From NCBI GenBank assembly GCA_024704765.1, contig JAKMXF010000299.1, positions 751,368 to 815,367 of the forward strand: a DNA stretch of 64,000 nt. Reading direction: 5' to 3'. Made by a program: the position numbers and the translations under genes. Under the pieces are notes generated by a model. The model was not told the DNA's origin and did no database searches. It was given only the letters and a program-made list of their open reading frames with translations. Positions within the stretch are counted from its first letter, which is position 1, and every line of letters begins with the position of its first letter. Source of the stretch: Oopsacas minuta. Its lineage: Eukaryota > Animalia > Porifera. This document shows, piece by piece, positions 52,524-62,500 of the stretch.

Positions 52524-52997
52524 TCATTTCGAAATAGGAATAGTCAAAATGCTTTCAAGGTAAAATCCCAAACGACTAGATGAAGGTTTGACATTTACGA
52601 ATTTTCGAATGTATTTTCTTTCTCTTTTAGCAAATTGAGCATATTTAGAAGGAGGTCTGGGTTCTCTAGAAATTTCCATGATTCCAGCAACGATAGAATA
52701 TAGAGTGAAATCAGGAGCCATTCTGACATTAAGGCCAGGGTGAAACTTGGTGCCCCTCTGACGACAAAGAATGATGTTAGATCTAACAAGTTCTCCATCA
52801 GATACCTTAAGACCAAGGTGCTGTCCTGGACTCCCACGATTGGCAATTGTTTGAGCACGGTTCGAGAAAGAACAAACGTAAATTTGAAATAAAGAGTGAG
52901 TGCGAAGATTCATTGCATGACTTAACATTGAACAAAACAATATTCTAAAAGAGTGAGGATGCATAATAAGTATGGAAATCAGTTTAGTCAAAATCAT
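52524..52997 (-). CDS. MRPL27: Mitochondrial ribosomal protein bL27m; true start uncertain (52997, 52964, 52928 or 52913)
   Basis: SPGQHLGLKVSDGELV...IILCRQRGTKFHPGLNV...DFTLYS matches the bL27 signature. The N-terminal extension is plausible as a targeting peptide. C-terminal RKFVNVKP. Confidence 0.9.
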   Translation of the reverse strand: MILTKLISILIMHPHSFRILFCSMLSHAMNLRTHSLFQIYVCSFSNRAQTIANRGSPGQHLGLKVSDGELVRSNIILCRQRGTKFHPGLNVRMAPDFTLYSIVAGIMEISREPRPPSKYAQFAKRERKYIRKFVNVKPSSSRLGFYLESILTIPISK

Positions 52998-53940
52998 AGA
53001 CGGTAATCGGACACATCGTCACCGTACATTTAGTCGTCCGGGCAATTCTTCGCCTGGATATTTAGTGAGGAAATTCATCATAAGAATGTTTCCTGAAATT
53101 TTAAACAATAAACAAACTTATACGATCATAAAATTGAATATATGTTGTATTATATTTGAAAGACAAAAATAAATGTATTATATGAAATAGATAAATAAGT
53201 AATTATATTTCTGAAATGAGTAGTTAAAATTGAAAGTTGTACACGATTCTCTTAAATAAGAGAGAGTTCCTCTATTGTCAGAATTTGTGTAAGACTCCAA
53301 ATCCTTTCATTTCTCGCAGCACTAAGTTATAAAGTATTGGGAATTTCTTATGTATCCCTCTTGACTAATATAGCTTCCTGCAATGATTGTTCTCTTCGTA
53401 AATACATTGATAGCTTCAAAAAACTTGGATAGTGACAATTAATTCCTGATTTTAACGCGTTATGCCATCCTTCTATTAGGTTGGTGGTTCTTGCGAATTT
53501 AGAAGAGACTCGATGCATAATCCATATCCTTATTGGAAAAGGCACCACCGACAATTCGCACCTAATTTGATTGGTCAATTTGATATGATATTAGTTAATT
53601 AATTTAATCTAAGTACACGTAAATAATCAATTTTCTAATAATTATATCTGCACACGGAAAGTCTTGATTGGATAGATAATTCTAATTTAAGATGACATGA
53701 TTCCATGAATCCATTTAATGATATAAATTCCAAAGATTGCTATAGTAAGTATTAAGTAAACACACACGAAGAAATACTCTTAGGGCTGTATTTGTAAAGA
53801 GGAATGTAGTAAACAGGATGTGATCACCTGTGATATTTGCAATCCTCGGACATAAATAGAAAATGATCTAGTTCAAACTCAGATTCGTTTTCTCATTACC
53901 AATCAACACATTTCGTCTTTGAAATTTTATAACTTTACTA

Positions 53941-55387
53941 ATGGCGGAACCTCTTGATTAGCCGACCTTTAGGCTGATCAAGTCACAAAGAGGAGGAGAC
54001 AAGCTGTCGGAGGATGGATATTAATTTAGAGTGCAGAGGAGAGTTGGAGATGTGACGGATTGGTTGTGTGAGCAAAGAGGGGTCTGCAAAGCTAGAGTTT
54101 ATACCAAAGGGATGGTGATAGTCAAGCGCACGAATGAGCACTCCCATGGGCCCGACGATCAGGCAGCGGACTGTTATGAAGCGAAGGCAGGCATGAAGAG
54201 GAAAGCACGGGAGTCCCAGGATAGCACACACCACATAATGGGCGAGAGTTTGCAAACAGCATCAGAGGGTACTGCTGCTAAACTCCCCAAACTGGACAGC
54301 CTGGAGCGGACGATACAACGCCAACGTGCTAGTTTACTTGCAGCTCCAGCACAGTCTACCACTCTAGCAGAGCTAGCTCTACCAGCAGTCTACCATCAGA
54401 CAGCCAAGGGAGAACAGTTCTTACTATACGACTCTGGTGTAGACGATGTACACAGATTCCTCATCTTCGCGACACAACACAACCTCGGGATGCTGCAGCG
54501 CAGCAAGATCTGTCTAGCTGATGGCACCTTCAAGACGGCACCGCCCCTCTTCGCCCAGGTGTATGTGGGCATGGACTCCGTGGAGGAGATGATCCTATGA
54601 AAACCGGTCATCTGTTACCGAGCCTGTTCGTGCTACTGCCCAACAAGACGAGGCTGCCTACCTGAGGATGTGGGAACAGATCCGCCTACTGTGTCCACTT
54701 GTCCAGCCTCAACAGATGCTCCTGGACTTTGAGAAGGGCGCGATTACCAGCTTTGAGCATGTCTGGCCTAGCACAGTAGTGAAGTGCTGCTTCTTCCACC
54801 TCACACAGAATATCTGGCGACATGTGCAGTCTGTAGGGCTGCAGTCTGCCTACACACATGACGAAGAGTTGGCTATGCGCATCCGGAGGATACCAGCCCT
54901 TGCTTTTGCCCGACCAGCAGACGTACCCGATCTGTTTGATCAAGTGGCAATGGACCTCCCCCTTACGCCTGAAATAGGCGAACTAGTCGACTACTTTGAG
55001 AGGACGTATATCGGCCGCACAGTTGCCAGCGGATACCATGTAGCGGCTACGTACCCTATTCACCTGTGGAACAACCACATCGGCACGCCCTTAGGACTCC
55101 CCCGTACAACCAACGCCGTAGAGGCATGGCACCGCAGCTTCAATGCCACTGTCGGCTGCCATCACCCTACCATATGGAAGTTCATCCTCTCCCTCAAGCG
55201 TGAGCAGGGCCTAGTGGAGGTGCGGCATACCAACTACCTTGTTGGCAAGCCGCCAACCAAGCGGAGGCGGTCCCAACAGAGTGAGAAAGCGTTGAAGACT
55301 CTAGTTCGTGAATATTATTCTCCAGATCGTTCTAAAATGGAGTTCTTGCAGGGTGTAGCACATCATTTCAGTCTGGGAGCCGATTAA
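53941..55387 (+). pseudogene. MULE transposase pseudogene (FLYWCH-like domain plus MULE DDE domain)
   Basis: ATG at 53941. QRGGDKL..DGY, WLC...C...HSH, DGTF, LLDFE, CCFFH, NAVEAWH. Two in-frame stops before 54031 and single-base frameshifts near 54568 and 54650. Confidence 0.93.
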
Positions 55388-56710
55388 TATGTTAATCTAA
55401 AGTATTATCTAGCCCTCAAATACATTGATTGGACATAATCCTTTAGATTAACATATTAATCGGCTCCCAGACTGAAATGATGTGCTACACCCTGCAAGAA
55501 CTCCATTTTAGAACGATCTGGAGAATAATATTCACGAACTAGAGTCTTCAACGCTTCCTCACTCTGTTGGGACCGCCTCCGCTTGGTTGGCGGCTTGCCA
55601 ACAAGGTAGTTAGTATGCCGCACCTCCACTAGGCCCTGCTCACGCTTGAGGGAGAGGATGAACTTCCATATGGTGGGGTGATGGCAGCCGACAGTGGCAT
55701 TGAAGCTGCGGTGCCATGCCTCTACGGCGTTGGTTGTACGGGGGAGTCCTAAGGGCGTGCCGATGTGGTTGTTCCACAGGTGAATAGGGTACGTAGCCGC
55801 TACATGGTATCCGCTGGCAACTGTGCGGCCGATATACGTCCTCTCAAAGTAGTCGACTAGTTCGCCTATTTCAGGCGTAAGGGGGAGGTCCATTGCCACT
55901 TGATCAAACAGATCGGGTACGTCTGCTGGTCGGGCAAAAGCAAGGGCTGGTATCCTCCGGATGCGCATAGCCAACTCTTCGTCATGTGTGTAGGCAGACT
56001 GCAGCCCTACAGACTGCACATGTCGCCAGATATTCTGTGTGAGGTGGAAGAAGCAGCACTTCACTACTGTGCTAGGCCAGACATGCTCAAAGCTGGTAAT
56101 CGCGCCCTTCTCAAAGTCCAGGAGCATCTGTTGAGGCTGGACAAGTGGACACAGTAGGCGGATCTGTTCCCACATCCTCAGGTAGGCAGCCTCGTCTTGT
56201 TGGGCAGTAGCACGAACAGGCTCGGTAACAGATGACCGGTTTTCATAGGATCATCTCCTCCACGGAGTCCATGCCCACATACACCTGGGCGAAGAGGGGC
56301 GGTGCCGTCTTGAAGGTGCCATCAGCTAGACAGATCTTGCTGCGCTGCAGCATCCCGAGGTTGTGTTGTGTCGCGAAGATGAGGAATCTGTGTACATCGT
56401 CTACACCAGAGTCGTATAGTAAGAACTGTTCTCCCTTGGCTGTCTGATGGTAGACTGCTGGTAGAGCTAGCTCTGCTAGAGTGGTAGACTGTGCTGGAGC
56501 TGCAAGTAAACTAGCACGTTGGCGTTGTATCGTCCGCTCCAGGCTGTCCAGTTTGGGGAGTTTAGCAGCAGTACCCTCTGATGCTGTTTGCAAACTCTCG
56601 CCCATTATGTGGTGTGTGCTATCCTGGGACTCCCGTGCTTTCCTCTTCATGCCTGCCTTCGCTTCATAACAGTCCGCTGCCTGATCGTCGGGCCCATGGG
56701 AGTGCTCATT
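54133..56710. repeat. Long palindrome: 1270-bp arms (54133-55402, 55441-56710) with a 38-bp spacer
   Basis: Line-by-line comparison found only three mismatches (55168/55675, 55231/55612, 55286/55557). Confidence 0.97.
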
Positions 56711-56878
56711 TGTTGATTCATCTGACTTGTTATCGAATAGAAACCTAAGGGTTAATTTCCTGGCACGAACGGGGTGGTTCAAACTTTACGTAACTCTTAA
56801 TGCCTGAATTGGATATCCTACTGGCAAGTATTCTCATGTCCCCATTTTGTAGGATAATTGTGTAGGGGTATAACTAAT

Positions 56879-56932
56879 ACTTCATACCACCCTATCTTTA
56901 GAAGTACTTCTAAGGATAGGGTGGTATGAAGT
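56879..56932. repeat. 54-bp loopless palindrome
   Basis: ACTTCATACCACCCTATCTTTAGAAGT|ACTTCTAAGGATAGGGTGGTATGAAGT, with one T:G mismatch. Confidence 0.95.
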
Positions 56933-57524
56933 TCATTTAATCATGACCTACGTGATATCATGATTATAAGTTAAATGAACAAAATATCTGTTACAGATAT
57001 CATTCCGATCTATCCCAACAAGGCCATTATTTAAAAGTGGATGGCTAGTTTACTTAACCGAAACAGTACCCATCCAGAGATTAAATTATCACCTATATTT
57101 GCTGGATAAAGGTGTTGGCCAGATTAACCGGTGGCTCTATTAAGCGGAGTTCACCGTATTATTAAAGGAATTCAAGTAGCAATTTTGAATTAGGCCAGCT
57201 CAATGTGGGGAAATATACGAAAGATTTTCCATAGAAGAACAGCTTCAAATTGTATTATGATAAATCCGGAATTATTTTATTTACATTTTTTCCAAATGTA
57301 TGGTTAAATTCTTTGATCACAGATTGTGCAATCCATACTTCACTACTTGTATAGTTCAAAAATTCAACATATACTAGTAAGTTACTCTTCCTTGCGGTAC
57401 GCGGTTGCGGACACGAAGCGTCCTCATTAGGCACCTTTCGGGAGCCTAGGTTACTCCTAATCAACCGATAATTTGAGTTATGTATCACTAAGTATCCTAT
57501 GTATGCTTTGAAAGTCACTCTCTA

Positions 57525-58836
57525 CCAGGTTGTCCAAAAAGTTCGCGGAATTGCAAATATATGTTATTTATCGATGATCATACTCAACTAATTAGTGTTC
57601 ATAGTTTTCAATAAATTCACCCTTAACCTCGATACATTTCTTCCATTTTGATGGGAGTTTATTTATTCCTGTGGTGAAGAATTTTTCGGGGGTACCTTGA
57701 ATCCATGAATTTACAGCGGACCTAGGTGCTCAAAATCGCTGAAACGTTTACCTCTAAGTGGTCTTTTCATTTCTGAAAAAAGCCAGTAGTCGCTGGGCGC
57801 TAGATCTGGGCTGTATGGGGGAAGTGGGAGTAATTCGAACCCTAAATGTTGAATTTCATCTAAAGTTCGCCTGCTGGTATGGGCTGGAGCATTATCATGC
57901 TGAAGCAAAACATGAGAACTCAACTTGCCACGCCTCTTAGACTTGATAGCTTCGCGCAATTTCTTCAGAACTTGAACATAGTATTCAGTATTTATTGTTA
58001 CTTTGTTAGGTCACCAATCAATCATGATTATTCCCTTTGTGTCCCAAAAAACTGTTGCCATCCGTTTACCTGCTGATGCGACGGCTCTGGGTCTAATTGG
58101 AGTTGCTTCATGCCTACGCTTCCATTGACTCGTCTGTAAACTTGTTTTAGGCTCATAAAAATGTATCCAAGTCTCGTCTCCTGTGACTAAACGATCAAAG
58201 AACCTTGGCTCCTTCTTAGAAATCCGTAAGAGCTGGCGACAAACACGAACCCTTTCAATCCTTTGAGATTCAGATAACAATTGGGAACCCAACGAGAAAG
58301 AACTCTCGACATTCCCAATTGTTCAGTTAGAATCTTATCAAGTATTGATTTTGACATCCCCAATTCTTCCTCTAACTGCTGCAGAGTCACACGTCTATCT
58401 TTATCAAGAATGTTTGATATAATTTTGATATTTTCTTGGTTGGAACATGTTTTCGGACGACCAGGTCTTGGGTTATCATCAACAGTTGAATGCCCATCAT
58501 TAAATCTGTCAATCCATTTGTAAACCATCGATTTACCAGGGCATTTATTACCATAAACCTTTTCTATCTCGTAGAGAATCTCGCTTTCACTTTTATTTTG
58601 TTTCCAGAGAAACCAAATGATACATCGTTTCCCATCTTCTGAGTTTTCCATTTTAGAAAAAAATACGACAATCGTAAATGATGCTAAAAGAATACCTAAA
58701 CCAAACTTTTTGATTACAAAAGTTAGGATAATTGAGATAAGGTATATTAGAATTAATCGAAACAATAGGCTAATTGATAGAGTGTATATAACACAAACTA
58801 AGGATAAAATTCCGCTGAACTTTTTGGACAACCTAG
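57525..58836 (-). mobile_element. Full-length DD34D mariner (inner layer), frameshifted transposase starting at ATG 58651
   Basis: TA-C(C/T)AGGTTGTCCAAAAAGTTC TIRs, 1312 bp. SRWVP, VTGDETW, QHDNAPAH-(34)-D (YSPDLAPSD). Confidence 0.95.
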
Positions 58837-60249
58837 TAAGTTGAATATTCACGATATGCTATTCGAACACTCGATTACCTCTGTAGCCGTTAAAAGTATA
58901 CGAACTTTTTGAAATTTCGTTACTTTATGTACATATTTAACCACAAAAATTGATCATACAATGCTAAAAATCATATTCGGAATCAATTGACCAATCAAAT
59001 TAGGTGCGAATTGTTGGTATTCCTTGGAAAAGGTGGTAATCTTGGGCTCTGATTAGGAAAGTCTTTGAACAAGGTAATAAACTTAAATTGACGCGATTTC
59101 TATTGCTGAATCTGGAAAATCTGCCATAAATATCAAAAAACAATCAATTACGTCATTTTCGGGACGTACGCATTTCGCATGGCTTGGTAAGGTTTTCACC
59201 CAGATTGAGAATTCTTCATCTTCTAGATTAGATATCTTGCTACTAATCCTATTGGCTGGATTTGGCGGTATATATTTTGCATTAAGTAAGAAGCAACCAG
59301 AAATTGTAGAAATGAAGTTTTCTTCAAATGCATTGAGTGCAGCTTTTACAAAATGGAACCATATGAGATGGGTTTAGGGCTGGTTCTATGTCATCAGAGA
59401 GCTAAAGAGTTGCCTATATGTTGTTTCCATTTTATTTGTCAAAAGTTCATATATACAGGGTATTATATAACTATCTTTGTCGAAGTGAATGGTGTAGAGT
59501 TGAAAGAATTGACTTGGCACAACACTAAATACGCCATCGGCGAACTAATTGCTCGAATCACACAAAAGTGAAAGCATTTGACGATTACAAAAAACTAAGA
59601 TTCTCTTCATTTCGCCAATCTCAGAATTATAGAAATGATTGTCATTTCAGTGATAATTATCCTGAATTTTTCAGGGATAGCTATATCTTCCAGCAGACGT
59701 TGAGATATTAAAATTTTCGTTAACATTTTTTGATGACGGATTGGCCGTTTTAGAGAATAAATTTAACTAGACTAGAAAAGGTTGAATCGGTCATTCTTCA
59801 ATCTCACTTGCTAGTACTTTCTTCACGAACAGAAAATATTGCAATCTTATAAGTAGATGTTTCGTTAACAGTTATTATTTTTGAAATCATAACAGGTCTT
59901 CAAAATGAATCTAATATGGTTTCACAACCAAATGAACCAATGAACTTTAAATGGATAAAATTTCTTACGAAAAATCGTCTGACAACGAATTGTCCCAGTG
60001 AGGAAATCTCTGGCGAAGATGTGTTCGCCATTTATCATAGACTACTATATATAAGGCTTGTAGCGTAGGATATTGACCGGTAATACAAAATCTTAATAGC
60101 ATTTCAATACTTCGGATCAAATGCATTGCAGCCACAGCCGAAGGACTCTACACATATATAAATGTATTAAATAGGATTTTGACCCACATAAAATGTAATA
60201 TAGTATTAGGATTTTGAGCCGCATATCTATCTTATTAAAGCTCAAAAAT

Positions 60250-60274
60250 TGTGTGTGTGTGTGTGTGTGTGTGT
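60250..60274. repeat. (GT)12 microsatellite
   Basis: Direct reading. Confidence 0.95.
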
Positions 60275-60442
60275 TATAGGAGATGTTGGCGATTTGATGG
60301 TATATGGCTTCAATACAGTTTTAAGTGAATTGTGTGACTTCAACATATTATAACTGACATGCTTCGATCGTCGTACAATCGTAGGATAGCACGATTCCAC
60401 AAATAAATAGTAAACCAAAGTGTTATTTTATTGATACTTAAA

Positions 60443-62500
60443 ATGACTGAAAATTACCACAGAAAGAAATTCGATGAAGTAGTTAAGTTAAAGATGAAGA
60501 ATCCACAATGTCGTGTCTGTACTAAGTTCGAAATACAAGAAGATCGACATATTGGATTCTGGCCCTAAGGCGAAAAGAGATGAGCGTTCAGTGCAAAGGT
60601 TCCATCTTATAGAGGTAAGCAATGTAAAAGAACTACGATACATTAACCCATACTCGAAAGTAACTACAAACCGATCACTTATAGTAGTTCCGTTTGAGAA
60701 CTTATTTGATAAAATTAATTGGTGGTGGAAGCAAACTGGCTATGGAGGATGGAATTCCTTACATACCAAAATCAGAGAACAAGGGTATTTCATAAATATT
60801 GAATTGATAAAGATATTTCTTTCGCAAAGTCTCACACATCAAGGCAGAATAATGAAAAATCACAGAAGTCACTGGTAACCAAACCAATCTTGTTTGACGA
60901 ATTTGGAGCTAGAGGTCAAGTTGATCTCATTGATATTAGAATGTAATCCTGATGGTGAATATAATTGGATACTCAACTATCAAGTTCATTTACAAAATGG
61001 ATAGTGTTACGCCCATTGAAGAGAAAATGTGCTGTAGAAGTAGCTTCTACTTTGGTAAGTGTTTTCTATACGTTGGGTGCTCCGTGTATTTTACAAAGTG
61101 ACAACGGAAAAGAAATTGATAACCATCAGTTGTTAGTTACTCTAAATCAATTATAGCCATCAACAAAAATAATTCACGGAAAACCACGACTCCCACAATC
61201 GCAAGGCTCTGTTGAGAGTGCTAACAAGCGGGTGGAAAATATTCTCACAAGTTTGCATGATAAATTTCAACATTCAAATTGGATAAGTGAATTAGAAAAA
61301 GTCGCCTACAAGAAAACACTACTGTACACAGCGTTCGTAAGAACAGTCCCTATAGAATCCTATATAACAGAGATCCCTAGAGGATTACGTGATTTCCATT
61401 TGCCAGAAGAATTACACCGTTCTATTAACGACGTCGAAGATATTAAAGTATTGAATCCTGATTTCGGCAATGAACCAGGTGATCAATTAGAGAACAATCT
61501 CGAACCATCTGGAATCTCATAGTGACACAAGTATTATGAAAGAGGAGTTGAGACTGAATCTGACTCGGATGAGTATGACATTGAAATGAATATTGATGCG
61601 AAGAGTTTAGGAGTAAGTGTTTATACGCTTCCTGATAGTAGAACGTGCAAAGTTTGTAAGTTATCAGTTGGAGGAGAAAGAGTGTTTTGTGATGGGTGCA
61701 GTTTAATCGGGCACAAACATTGCTTCAACACACTATCATTGCAAAGAGGACAGTCTCGTAAGTATACCTATTGGGAGAAGTTACAATGTACAGGGAAATT
61801 ACAGGATAAACAAACTCAGCTTGCTGTGCAACGAGCACAAAAGGTTCAGGCAGACAAGATGCTTCTTAACACAGCTCTAACGCTTCCTCTACTGAGTATT
61901 GGGCATAATGTAGGGTACCTATCCCTAAAGTAGATTTCGGAAAACTAGGTCCAAATCATATTTTAGGCGTGATAACCAAAGTGTCAAAAAACTCATACCG
62001 TGTAGGAACTGAAAAGGGAATTTTAGAACGGAATTATTCGAGGGGCGAGATCGCACTTTGGACAGACTCATCCTATCCAAGAGTTCAAGATATACCTACA
62101 ACAGAAATCAAAATGCATACAATTGCTAATCTTCTTTCTCGTGGTAGAAAAACAAATGTCTATCTAGAGGAAATTGGCAACGAAACACTGTCCTTGTAAA
62201 GTCAGTGGTTGCTATTGCACTTCTGAGTGTCATCCAAAATCTAATTCCACGTGTAAAAATTCTGATAATAAGAAAGCTTTACTAGGATCACATAAGTTGA
62301 AATCTAAAGTAACATCTACAATTCGTAAAAAGTCTCCGAAAATGTCACATTCATCCTCAATCCCACTCAGTGAAGTAATAAACAAGAATAGTCTAGAGAA
62401 ATCATCTCATTGCTATTCCCTAAACGTTTACTTAGGTGAAATACCTGATCTTGCTCCATCTCTTTCTCAATTAGAAACTCTGTGTTATGTGGGGAGGTGA
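60443..62500 (+). pseudogene. Ginger2/TDD-like (KRBA2/SCAND3-type) DDE integrase relic
   Basis: Broken frames: RGQVDLID, LRPLKRK..VEVA, GAPCILQSDNGKE, HGKPR.PQSQGSVESAN, then CKVC...CDGC...HKHC, VDFGKLGPNHILGVI and a CPCK...CYCTSECH C-terminus. No TIRs identified. Confidence 0.75.

Larger units (their letters stand above)
53541..59023 (+). mobile_element. Younger MULE (middle layer) containing the palindrome and a mariner
   Basis: ~40-bp TIRs sharing ACAATTCGCACCTAATTTGATTGGTCAATT. Perfect 8-bp TSD TTGGAAAA (53533-53540, 59024-59031). Confidence 0.85.
53002..60033 (-). mobile_element. Old MULE (outer layer of the nest), split by the younger MULE
   Basis: Perfect 9-bp TSD ATCATAGAC (52993-53001, 60034-60042). 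Degenerate TIRs (...ACACATC(G/T)TC...CAATTC). The minus-strand transposase reads KAALNAFEENF...SGCF...QNIYRQIQ on the right and resumes PFPIRIW...RTTNLIEGWHNALK on the left. Confidence 0.85.

Noticed and set aside
53983-56669. Antisense and overlapping ORFs around the MULE palindrome (53983-54255, 54174-54362, 54396-54611, 54686-54943 and mirrors)
   Set aside because: Shadow frames of GC-rich transposase sequence, duplicated only because of the palindrome.
58652-58852. Hydrophobic 67-aa N-terminal extension on the mariner ORF
   Set aside because: Opens on a non-ATG codon outside the TIR and runs through AT-rich UTR. The real start is ATG 58651.
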